Shown here in pieces: positions 9,403 through 20,383 of a stretch of 64,000 nucleotides of DNA. The translations under genes and the position numbers were made by a program. Each line of letters starts with the position of its first letter. Positions within the stretch are counted from its first letter, which is position 1. Origin of the DNA: Epiperipatus broadwayi (taxonomy: Eukaryota; Animalia; Onychophora); NCBI GenBank assembly GCA_028023455.1, contig JAQFVV010000005.1:17608001-17672000 (forward strand), read 5' to 3'. The notes under the pieces were generated by a model. The model made no database searches and was not told the origin of the DNA. It saw only the letters and a program-made list of their open reading frames with translations.

Positions 9403-12309
9403 TTGGTGGCCGAAGGCGGAGGGTGGCCGAAGGCGGAGGGTACTCAGAATATCCTGGAGGTGGACACAGGCTGCCATTTGATGATGACTTTTTATTTAGG
9501 TACTTACAACTGCAGATCACTTTCAAGTGAAGGAAGATTGCAAGAATTAGAAGAAGAACTCTCTTATATTAAATGGGATATTATTGGACTTTGTGAAGTT
9601 AGAAGAAAAGGTGAAGAGACAATTGATTTAAAAAGTGGACATATGCTCTATTATAAAGGCACAAATATTGGAAATACAAGTGGAGTAGGATTCATTATAA
9701 ATAAAAAGTGGAAGAACAATATTGTGGAGATTGATGGTGTATCAGACAGAGTGGCAAGATTAGTTATACAACTTAATAGCAGATATCAAATGCAGATAAT
9801 TCAGGTTTATGACCCAACAAGTTCTCACAGTGATGAAGTAGTAGAAGATTTTTATATGGATGTACAAAAGGCTTTTGATCAGAGTAAACAACATTTTAAA
9901 ATTGTTATGGGAGATTTTAATGCTAGAATTGGTAAACAAATGAAAGATGAAAGGGTTGTAGGTAATTTTGGTTATGGTAATAGAAATGAGAGAGGACATA
10001 GACTTGTGGAGTTTGCAGAGAAGGAAAAACTTTATATTATGAATTCTTTTTTTGAGAAAAATGTTACAAGGAAATGGACATGGAAGCATCCAAATGAAGG
10101 TACAGCAGAATTGGATTATATTTTGACTAACAGGAAATACATATTTCAAGATTGTAATGTTCTTAATAAATTTAACACAGGAAGTGATCATCAATTAGTA
10201 AGGGGTAAGATACATGTTAATGTAAAACTAGAGAGACAAAAATTATTAAGAAAAACTATATTTACAGTTGATATTCCTAATCTTCAGAAACATTCTAATG
10301 AATTTAAATTAGAACTTACAAATCGGTTTCAAGTATTAGTAGATTTTGAACATGATTCAGATTTGAATGAAATTAATATGAAAATAACTGATACACTTTT
10401 AAAAACTGCAACAAAGATAGCTGGTAGAAAAAAGCAGCAATTGACTAATAAAATTTCTACTGAGACTAGAGAACTTATGAAGAAAAGAAGGAATATGAAG
10501 ATATGCAAGAATGATGCATTAAAAAGAATTGAATATCTCGAATTTTGTAAAATGGTGCGGAAAAGAGTTGAAAATGATATAAGAAAGTATAACTGTGAAC
10601 TAGCAAGAAAAGCTGTAGAAGAAAATAACAGTCTTAAGAATGTAAAACAACATTTTGGTATTGGTAGGAAATTTATATCTGCAATAAGGAAAAAAGATGG
10701 AATTATTACTAAAAAGAGGGATGACATTATGAAATTGGTAGAAGATTTTTATCAAGAATTATATAGTAATAAAGAACAAGTACCTCCTATATCTATTACA
10801 TCTTCCGAATTGCCCAGAATTTTAAATGAAGAAGTGAGAAATGCAATTAAATGTATGAAAAAAGGAAAGGCTCCAGGTAATGATGGAATTATAATTGATA
10901 TATTAAAAGAAGCAGGTGAAGAAACAGAAAAAATATTAGCAAAGTTATATACCAAATGTCTAAATGATAAAGATGTACCGGATGATTGGAAGAATGCAGT
11001 AATAATATTAATATTTAAAAAAGGTGATAAAGAAGATATTAGAAATTACAGACGTATCAGCCTTTTATCAGTTTTATATAAAAATTTTACCAAGATAATT
11101 ACAACTCGTCTACAGAGAACCTTGGATTTTCACCAACCAAGAGAACAAGCTGGATTTAAAAATGGTTTTAGTACAGTAGATCATATTCAAGTATTGAGAG
11201 AAGTTCTAGAAAGGTTAAATGAATATGAGTTGTCATTATGTTTTGGATTTGTAGATTATGAAAAGGCATTTGATTCTATAAACATTTCTTCAGTGATTAA
11301 AGCATTGGATCATCAAGGTATAGATCCAGGATATTGTCATATTTTAAAGAATATTTATAAAAATGCAGCAGCAACAATTAGATTACATAATGATACTGGG
11401 AAAGTCAACATTGAGAAAGGTGTAAGACAAGGTGACTCCATATCTCCAAAACTTTTTACAGCAGTGCTGCAAGAAGTATTTTGTGGATTAAAATGGGAAA
11501 CTAAAGGAGTGAAAGTAAATGGAGATTATTTAAGTCATTTAGATTTCGCAGATGATGTAGTTGTTTTTGCAAATAATGCTTCCGAGCTGCAGGAAATGTT
11601 GCAGGAGTTGTCAGATGAAAGTAGGAAAGTAGGACTAAAGATAAATGTTAAAAAGACTAAAGTAATGTTTAATCGATTTGCTCAAAATATGAAAATAAAG
11701 ATTGATTATGATGAATTAGAAGAAGTTAAGAGTTACAAATACCTTGGTCAGATTATTAATACAGATGGAAACATAATAGAGGAAATTAATCATAGAATTA
11801 AACTTGGTTGGAGTGCTTTTGGTAGAAATAACTTGATATTAAAAGGAAATATGCCTATGTGTTTGAAAAGAAAGGTTTTTAACAAATGTGTTTTACCAGT
11901 TCTTACTTATGGATCTGAGACTTGGACACTTAATAGAAGATCAATACAGAGACTTCAGACCACTCAAAGAAGTATGGAGAGATGTATGTTGGGAGTAACA
12001 AGAAGAGATCGAAAATGCAATGTATGGGTAAGAGAACAAACAGGTGTTACTGACCTCATTGAAAAAATTAAAAGATTGAAGTGGAGTTGGGCTGGACATA
12101 TTGCTAGAAGAGATGATAATAGATGGACAATTGAAATTTTAAACTGGATTCCAAGAGATTGTAAAAGACCCAGAAGGAGACCACATGTAAGATGGATGGA
12201 TGAAATAAGAAAATGTGTAGGGGTGATGTGGAGAAGAGAAGCTAATGATCGGAGAAGATGGATTAAACTTGGAGAGACCTTCATCCTGCAGTGGATTGAT
12301 AATGGTTGA
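9403..12309 (+). CDS. RTE apurinic endonuclease-reverse transcriptase (uninterrupted; first ATG at 9481)
   Basis: EN motifs GTYN, GLCEVR, GVGF, QVY-PT, GDFNA, LDYIL, SDH; RT motifs KAPGNDG, QAGF, DYEKAFD, GVRQGDSISPKLF, FADD, GLKIN, YKYLG; RTE C-terminus YGSETW, WAGHIAR, RPRRRP..RW. Confidence 0.95.
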   Translation: MVAEGGGWPKAEGTQNILEVDTGCHLMMTFYLGTYNCRSLSSEGRLQELEEELSYIKWDIIGLCEVRRKGEETIDLKSGHMLYYKGTNIGNTSGVGFIINKKWKNNIVEIDGVSDRVARLVIQLNSRYQMQIIQVYDPTSSHSDEVVEDFYMDVQKAFDQSKQHFKIVMGDFNARIGKQMKDERVVGNFGYGNRNERGHRLVEFAEKEKLYIMNSFFEKNVTRKWTWKHPNEGTAELDYILTNRKYIFQDCNVLNKFNTGSDHQLVRGKIHVNVKLERQKLLRKTIFTVDIPNLQKHSNEFKLELTNRFQVLVDFEHDSDLNEINMKITDTLLKTATKIAGRKKQQLTNKISTETRELMKKRRNMKICKNDALKRIEYLEFCKMVRKRVENDIRKYNCELARKAVEENNSLKNVKQHFGIGRKFISAIRKKDGIITKKRDDIMKLVEDFYQELYSNKEQVPPISITSSELPRILNEEVRNAIKCMKKGKAPGNDGIIIDILKEAGEETEKILAKLYTKCLNDKDVPDDWKNAVIILIFKKGDKEDIRNYRRISLLSVLYKNFTKIITTRLQRTLDFHQPREQAGFKNGFSTVDHIQVLREVLERLNEYELSLCFGFVDYEKAFDSINISSVIKALDHQGIDPGYCHILKNIYKNAAATIRLHNDTGKVNIEKGVRQGDSISPKLFTAVLQEVFCGLKWETKGVKVNGDYLSHLDFADDVVVFANNASELQEMLQELSDESRKVGLKINVKKTKVMFNRFAQNMKIKIDYDELEEVKSYKYLGQIINTDGNIIEEINHRIKLGWSAFGRNNLILKGNMPMCLKRKVFNKCVLPVLTYGSETWTLNRRSIQRLQTTQRSMERCMLGVTRRDRKCNVWVREQTGVTDLIEKIKRLKWSWAGHIARRDDNRWTIEILNWIPRDCKRPRRRPHVRWMDEIRKCVGVMWRREANDRRRWIKLGETFILQWIDNG

Positions 12310-12344
12310 TAATGATGATGATGATGATGATTGTATAAATATTT

Positions 12345-12462
12345 ACAATAATGACAAACATACTAAATTATGGCCCTCATTCCCAGGTGGCTGTAAAGTT
12401 GCCAATAAAGGCAGCAGTTGGTGCCCAAAGGCAGATTATTAAAAATTTCCTGGCTGCCATTC
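12345..12462 (+). repeat. Diverged copy of RTE 5'-UTR segment (~9332-9480)
   Basis: tggccctcattcccaggtggctgtaaagttgccaataaaggcagcagttggtgcccaaaggcag vs tggcccttaatcccaggaggctgtaaagtcaccaaccaaggcagcggttggtggccgaaggcgg. Confidence 0.75.
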
Positions 12463-12769
12463 AGTATATATGTAATGCATATATGTCATAAAAATATTTA
12501 AGCATATAGATATCATAATTTATTTAATGCATAGTGATTGCAATGGCAATATTTATTAAAATCAAACCTGTTTTGTAATACAATGTATCTGTACAGAGCA
12601 ATTTTGTGCGTAGTGAAATAGTATATTTGTTGACAAAAGTTGTGTGTGTGCGTGTGGGAAGTCTATTTGTGGATATTTGAGTTATTTGATAATTGTAAGG
12701 CACTTAAATGTAAAAAAAAAAAAAAGTTATTGTTTAGGCATTTATATAGCAACATTTCTCAATCTTTGA

Positions 12770-15417
12770 GTCTTCCAAAATTTTTAAGAAAATATAATGA
12801 ATTAAAGACAAATAGGTCTAATTTAATAAAATGTATACATACAGATAAATAAAAAAAAGATTGAAATGTTCTTATTTGGCAGCTTTGTATGTTGCTAAAT
12901 GTAAAAAAGTGTATATAATATTTGGAGAAACATTATTAAAGTATTGCATGAAATATATTTGTAGTGAATTATTTGGAAAAGAATTTGAAGCAAAAATTAA
13001 TGTTACTTCCATATCAAACAACACCATCAGTCAGTCATTGAATAAGTGACTTGTTTAATGCCATTGAATTTCAATAGTGCAAAAAATACAGAATTCTCAA
13101 TATTATGTAATTTAATTGGTCAAATCAACAAACATATCAATTGATACAATGTTACTAGCTTACAACAGATTTTTTTTTTAAATTACCAACTCCTATTTTG
13201 CAACAAAAAAAAAAAAAACATTTTATGAAAGGGGATTTGTTCTGATGGGGCTGCAACAATAGGAGATACACGCATAAAAGAAGTTGTTCACCCAGATTTA
13301 TCGTTTTCTTCATCAGGAACAATTAATGACCAAAAATATGAGTGAAGATTTACACAATGTTCTTAATCAATGTGTTCAAATAGCAACCCTACATTCAAAA
13401 AAGTTTTGTAAAAATCCAAAACTGGAGCCAGATGAGGCTAGAGATTTAATTCATATAATTCTTAGGCCTAAGACTTGAACTTTCTCCCATCCACTGAATA
13501 AATAATATATCCCATCTTTCATCTAATAATAATTTAAACTTTAACTATGTAGATCTTTCATACATAAACTTTGCATTAGTTCCTTACTGTGTAATTAATT
13601 TACCTATATATCCTAATTAATGATTTTCAATAGTCCCTTTTATATATCAACTTGTAAATATTGTTATAGTCCTCGGTGGCTTTTGGGTCAAGATAGTCAT
13701 TAATCAATGGAATTTCTAAACCTTATATATAGGTTTGACTTATTTTATATTCCTAGCAAATTATGCATATGATGCACTGCCTTAAGGCATTAGTGTAATC
13801 TTTGATTTTATTTTTTATTTATTTATTTATGTTTCTTTCATTCTTGCATTATTTTGCCTATCATAATTTTCTTATGCAGCTCTTGAGACTATATTATTGA
13901 TCTAATACAACTTTTGATTTTTCTATATACATGGCTTGCATACCACATTTATATGTATACATTGAAACTTTCTTATTGACCTAATTTTATGCTATTATTG
14001 ATTTCTCTTGTATCTACTCTAAAGTATAAATAAAGTTTTAATTTTGAAAGTAAAAATCCATATCTTTAGTATAATGTGTGACTAAATAGGTTCACTTTAT
14101 AAATTAACTATTATTACATTCACATATCAGATAATTTTCAAGAGAAAATTTTTTGATATGTTTGTTAGAAATTCTAATAGAAAATGAAATATTTTTAAGG
14201 AACCATAAATCAACATTAAATGAATATTTTGAAAATTATTGATCACTCGTTACCTATTCAATTGATGCATTTTTACTGGTGAATGACTTCAATTTGCCAA
14301 TGCAGGAAAAATCAGCCTAAGCTTTTTATTTTTAATAATAAAATAGAAGCTTTTATTAAAAAAAGTTAAACACGATTATTTTGATATGTTTCCATCATTT
14401 GCACATAGTTGAGAACAAAATGATAATTCAGCAGAAAATTCCAATATGCGTCAAGAAAAACAATTTATTCATTATTTCCCACCTAAAGATTATATTCATT
14501 TAGGTAATATGTGGGCCATAAATATCTTCAAAGAATAAAAATTAAATAATTTTATTTTATTAGAAGAAGAAAAATTGATTGAACTGCCAATAGCAAGAGT
14601 TTGGGAATAATTTCTAAAGGTAATCAAAATAATTTACCTAAATTTTGGTTACAAAATTAAAATGAATATCGAATTTTGAGTGAAAAATCTATAAAATTAT
14701 TACTTCCGTTTGTGATGACTTTTTGAGCAGAAAGTGGATTCTAAACAAAGTTTTTATAAAAAACAAATTCAAAACCGACTTGATATAAAAACAAAGAGCT
14801 TTGCCAATTGCTCTAACAAGCTTTTTTTTTCCTCATATGTCATAGCATCGACCGAGACGCGAACCCACACCCGTCTGCAACCAACTACTTGCTTGCAAGG
14901 CTGGTGCGATGACCTCTCGGCTACCAACGCTTGACTTGCTCTAACAAGCTTTGTTGATAAAATGCTAGCAAAAGAGAAAGTGATATATGACTCTTTATTT
15001 TTATCAACTTGAACATAAGTTCTGCAATGAGAGTGGCATTAAATAATCCCATCGAAATAAGAATTAATACTTTAATAGAAGAAGACTCATTAACTATCGT
15101 TAATTTTATTTCTTAGTTATTCTATTTTATTTTTTGACAAAATTATAATTTTTTGATCATTTTGTTTGTTTGTTTTTTCAGCAAGAGATTGAAATAAATA
15201 TAATTTACATTTTTTAAATAGTAATTCTTATTTTTTGAAATGGCCAGTTTTACTTAATCAACATAATTATTTAACTTGAACAAATATTAGCAGGGATGCA
15301 AACAACACCCTTTTATTAGTTTTATTAGATGGCAAAATATAACAATTTTATAAATACAAAGGGTCACAGTTCCAGTACAAAAAAAATTTCTTGGCTCACA
15401 GCGGTTAAGAAATGCTG
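12770..15417 (+). pseudogene. Decayed hAT (Buster/Charlie, ZBED5/FAM200-like) DNA transposon
   Basis: Fragments GETLLKYCMKYICSELFG..SISNNTI, L-KSTNIS..LLAYNRF (LDESTD motif), GICSDGA, RFLHQEQLMTKNMSEDL..VL, FW..EY..L..K..KLLLPF, ESGFS..KKQIQNRLD; right TIR ggttaagaaatgctg ending 15417 followed by gtaTAaag (Buster-type NNNTANNN). Left end not found. Confidence 0.8.
14825..14935 (-). mobile_element. tRNA-derived SINE (~110 bp) with poly(A) and 17-bp TSD
   Basis: Minus strand GGTAGCCGAGAGGTC (A box) ... GGGTTCGCGTC (B box) ... A-tail; TSD ttgctctaacaagcttt at 14808-14824 and 14936-14952; second copy at 44473-44575. Confidence 0.85.
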
Positions 15418-15609
15418 GTATAAAGGATAATAGATTTAAATATATCTAACTGTGATTTATAAAGACTCTGATTCAATAAGTATTTTGCTACATTAAACAT
15501 CTATATATAAGAAGTAATTCTCTTTCCTAATTAAAAAAAATATCCTAGTTTAATAGATGTTTATTTAGCAAAATTATATTATCTCTATGATATTTGGGTT
15601 AAATATTTT

Positions 15610-15968
15610 GGTACTTTCAACTTATGCCCCATGTGGCCACAAGAGGTGCTGTTTTCTGTGTCAACCATAGAAATATTCAGAGTAGGGGCCAAAAGCATTG
15701 ATGCAAGTTCCAGCCGCTAGTTGGCTCTGTTCACCATGTGTACACACTGGATCCTTATGCCAAGTAGCTGCCAGCACTAGGTGATGCTGATAACCATATG
15801 TAAACACATATAGCTTACATCATATGCTACCAGAAATCTAGCCCACTACATGGCATATAGTGGCTGGAACTTGCATCGCTGCTTTTGGCCCCTTACTCTG
15901 AATATTTCTGTGATTAACACAGGAAACAGCACCTTTTGTGGTCACATGGGGCATAAGTTGAAAGTACC
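15610..15968. mobile_element. MITE with ~110-bp TIRs, Merlin-like termini
   Basis: Ends GGTACTTTCAACTTATGCCCC...GGGGCATAAGTTGAAAGTACC; 8-bp TSD aatatttt (15602-15609, 15969-15976); GGNRM terminus plus 8-bp TSD is the Merlin signature. Confidence 0.75.
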
Positions 15969-16540
15969 AATATTTTATTTATAGTTAAAAATAATGTTTA
16001 TAAATATTTTAAGAATCTTTGTAAGGAAATATTCATTGGTGCATAGTAACATAAATAGATTTGATGAGAAGGCCAGCCAAATTATTTATGTGCATGCTGG
16101 GTAAGGCAAACAAAGAAACAATTTTGGCTTGTAGCTTATTTTGGTTGATTGATTAATTTGTATACACACAAAGCATGACTTTTTTAGGAATGGAAGCACA
16201 TTACATAATCTTTTTTTATATAATGTTTTTATTTTACTTGCTACGTAATAGCTTAATATATACATATTACATATATTTAGAAAAATCTGGAACTCTTTTA
16301 TCTGTAAATCAGACTTGACTAGTTTAAGTATAGAGAATACATTATCAAGATATTTTTATTTTGTAAATGCTTTCAACATTCTTAAGTTTTAACTATTAAT
16401 TACATTATAATATTGTTTGAACTTCTTATAATCAAAGAATACTGTGAATAACATGATGGTCAAACTCACTATTTGCCTTATATAAAAACAGTTCAACTGT
16501 TGGTAAAAAAATTGAAAGGTAACAGAAAGTCCACACAAAA

Positions 16541-17357
16541 AAATAAATTGAGATACTGCCAAATCTCTAGCGCTCATTACAATACTTATCTGATAGCCGA
16601 TCAGATGTCATGATAGCTGCCCAAATAACATCCAAACCTAAACACACAACAAAGATTTTATGAGAAAAGGGCAGCCACCCTTTTCTCTACTTTTCTTTCT
16701 ATATATCTAAGCCAGTCGTAAGTATTTAGGTTTGAAAACTTGAAGCTTTAAATATCTTCACAATTAACTCCCTAAATCATAAACATACAATGCAAAATCC
16801 TATGATTTACTATGTAGTAGTTTTTAGAACAGATAATAAGCAGTAAAGTAGGTTTGGATGTTATTTGGACAGTTATCATGACATCTGATTGGCTGTCAAA
16901 TAAATACTGTAATGAGCACTAGAGATTTGGCAGTATCTCAATTTATTTCCAGTTTTCAACTATCTGCGCTTCACAAATTAAAATATTATTTACATACTTT
17001 ACTACTTGTTATGTATTTTGAAAACTACTGCATAGTAAATCATAGGATTTCATATTGTACGTTTATCATTTAGACTCGGTGAGTTAATTGTGAAGAGATT
17101 TAAAGCTTCAAGCTTTCAAACCTAAATACTTACGACTGGCTTAGATATATAGAAAGAAAAGTAGAGAAAAGGGTGGCTGCCCTTTTCTCATAAAATCTTT
17201 GTTGTGTGTTTAGGTTTGGATGTTATTTGGGCAGCTATCATGACATCTGATTGGCTGTCAGATAAGTATTGTAACGAGCGCTAGAGATTTTGCACTATCT
17301 CAATTTATTTTCAGTTTTCAACTATCTGTGCTTTGCAAATTAAAATATTATTTACAA
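16541..17357. repeat. Nested foldback structure between ~270-bp direct repeats
   Basis: 16541-16830 is the reverse complement of ~17005-17315; 16848-16995 is a direct copy of 17211-17357; flanks 16275-16545 and 17415-17670 are diverged direct repeats. Confidence 0.85.
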
Positions 17358-19815
17358 AAAAATAATAAGTTTGAATTGTTCATTCTTTTTTTATGTTTGG
17401 CAAAATAGTTTAGAGAAAAATATGGAACTCTCTTATCTGTTAATCAGACCGTGACTATTTTAAGTATAGATAATACATTATCAAGATATTTTTATCTTCC
17501 AAATACTTTTAACATTTTTAAGTTTTAACTTTAAATTACATTTTAGCATTGTTTGAACTGCTTATAATCAACGAATAATGTGATGCTCAAACTCATTATT
17601 TGCCTTATATAAAAACAATTCAACTATTTGTAAAAAAAATGAAAGTCAACAGAATTTCATAGAAAAAATAATGAGTTTGAATAGTTCATTCTTCTTTTTT
17701 TGTGTTCAGCAAAATAGTTTACATACACTAATGTACTTATTGTTTTTACTACACTATTGTATGTGCAGTTTGTTGGATCGATTTTGTGAGGTTGAATATA
17801 TACACATTTTAGTGAATTTTTAAAATTGAATTTCAGTTAAAGCTTTTGAACTTTTTAGTGAATTCTTCTATAGAAGCATTCATTCCATTCAATACATGAA
17901 GCCTTCATCCCTGATATGTATATTCTTGACACTCGTTCTTTCCATTACAATATATTTTCTAATAATTTTAATAACCTCATGAATAAAAATGAGTATTTAA
18001 ATTTGGAATTAAATGATGGACTATTTCCATCTTCTAGTCCAACACATAATTACAAGTTAAATGCTATCATCACAAACTTTCAAATTAACAATAGTGACAT
18101 TTGAATATGTAAACATGAAAGTACATAATAATATTAATAAAGAAAGACTGAAAACTCAAATACCATAATAAAACTTTCAAGTCAGACTTAGACTAAGGCC
18201 ATTTTAACAAACTTAAAAACAATATTGTCTCAAATAAATATGATTTATAAATTATTATATAAATGCAGATGGAGTTTCTTCATTACAACAATAAATATTT
18301 TCATGAATTAATGTTGAAGTAAAAGAAACAATGTTTAGGGATATTTTCATGTAATAATTAGAAAAATATGTTAGCAATGGTGTTTCTAGGTACCTATTAA
18401 TTAAGCTAATCTAAGTTGCTTTAGTAGCCCATTATAGACTTTTTGTCTTGAGCTTTCTTACAAACAAAAGAAGAAATCTTTTTCATTTCTACCTAAATAT
18501 CTTATATGGATTTAAACACAGATATATATATTTTTTAAGTATAAGATTTAGAAAGTTTTCTTTTTTATATTCTGTACATATTATTTCATCTTCCCCAGTT
18601 TTCATGGATTAATTAGTTATCACATAAGAATCTTCTCATTCATTTCTTTGTTTATATCATAATTCATCTAAGAAAATATTTAATTAACACACAAACTCTC
18701 TAGGGAGATGGAGCAATATTTATTTAATATAAAGAGAAATTGAAATTCTAAGTTCTCATTCTTATAAAAGTACAAATGTGGGTTTAAATGCATAAAAGAC
18801 ATTGGATGATAAACAAAAGAGACTACCTTTTGATTTTAAGTAAGTTGAAGACAAAAAAGTAATTCTATGTGACTAGTGCAAATTAAGTTAACTTAAGGCT
18901 AACAATAGTAATTGATAGCTACTTAGCGATATCCCTACTAACTTAATTCTCTAATTATTACATGGAAATATTCTCACTTCTTTTTTACACTATAATTAAT
19001 CCTGAAAATATTTAATTTAACACAAAATTGCTCTCTGTGGAAGATGAAATAATATTTACATGATATAAAAAAATTCTAAAAATAAATATCTGGGTTTAAA
19101 TACATATAAGATCTTGGATCAGAAACTTTCTTTTTTTTCTAAGTAAACTCAAAGACTAAAAAAAAAAAAAAAAGGCTACAGGAACTAATTAGTTTAGTAT
19201 AAGACTACTATAGTAATTGAGAGTTACTTAGCAACACCAATCCTAGCCTATTTCTTTAGTTATTAGAAGGAAATATTTCCAATCATTATTTTATCAACAT
19301 ACATAAGTATAAAATATATTAATAATTAAATGATTATAAATTCATAAAGATGGAAAAAATATTATAAGATCAACAAAATGACCATTATAAGTCAGTGCAG
19401 TGAATAAATTTAAAGCATAGCAAATAGATTAACTTAAATTTTGGATCATTTCTGAATTTAAACAAATTAAGTAAAACCTATTTTGATTAATATCTGATTT
19501 AAGTACAGTAATGTTCATTTTCTACTGTGTATAATGAAAATAGGAAATTTTGACGAAAGTGTATGCATACCCCAAGATAAAAAAAAGTATTAACCAATCT
19601 TCAATCTTTTTGAGAGAGAGGAAAAGAGTAAGGAATGACAGTGAGGAAGAAAGAGCAAGTGTGGGGAAGGATAAAAGAAAGGAAGAGAGTGAATAAGATG
19701 AAGGGAAATTTGAAAAGGGACATTTTTTTTAAATGGAAAAATTGAGAAATTACAGTTAATACAAAAACTAAAAAAAACATAAGAGATGGCATTCAATTAT
19801 AATATTTACATATAT

Positions 19816-19945
19816 GGTTTAGCATGAAATACGTTTATTGGTGATTATTTATCTTTTCGACATATATGTGTTCAAGTGTATCAGTGTTATGAGATAGAAT
19901 GGAGAGTGGTGGGTCGTGTGAAAATCTGTGTTCATATACCCTATA
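19816..19945 (+). mobile_element. 5'-truncated fragment of hammerhead family A
   Basis: ggtttagcatGAAATACGTttattggtgattatttatctttt...gagagtggtgggtcgtgtgaa matches 339-445; lacks the CTGATGA half. Confidence 0.75.
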
Positions 19946-20126
19946 TATTACATATATTGATACAGGTATACAATAAGCCTATATTTTAATTATTAATAGA
20001 TATTCAAAGAAATTATATGAGTGAGGATCTACTCCAATCAAGGTGAACCCCCTTTCCAAATGTAATTAAAAAACTAAGCAAGTAAAATAAATAGCTTTGC
20101 ATAATAATCTGTGCAATGTAGCAGGT

Positions 20127-20383
20127 GGTTAGTTCCTAGAGAAGGTTCAAAACACCAGACTAAGATTTATTACATGTTCCCTCAATAGGTTATGAATCCA
20201 GAAATTTTTTGCACTTTAATTTCTAATTTTTACATTGTGATAAACATTAGTTATGGTTAGTTCCTAGAGAAGGTTCAAAACACCAGACTAAGATTTATTA
20301 CATGTTCCCTCAATAGGTTATGAATCCAGAAATTTTTTGCACTTTAATTTCTAATTTTTACATTGTGATAAACATTAGTTATG
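20127..20383. repeat. Exact 128-bp tandem duplication
   Basis: ggttagttcctagagaagg...aaacattagttat starts at 20127 and again at 20255, no differences seen. Confidence 0.9.

Larger units (their letters stand above)
9013..12329 (+). mobile_element. Full-length RTE-clade non-LTR retrotransposon
   Basis: 5' end = HDV-like ribozyme cleavage site (G9013); single APE-RT ORF; (GAT)n tail 12308-12329; 11-bp TSD attgtataaat at 9002-9012 and 12330-12340. Confidence 0.93.

Noticed and set aside
9760-12284. Antisense ORFs over the RTE (144, 132, 67, 106 aa)
   Set aside because: Shadow frames of the real plus-strand ORF, with no motifs.
17090-17125. gtgaagagatttaaagcttcaagctttcaaac as a hammerhead
   Set aside because: No C3, no G12, and a 5-nt spacer before stem II; not supportable without a consensus.
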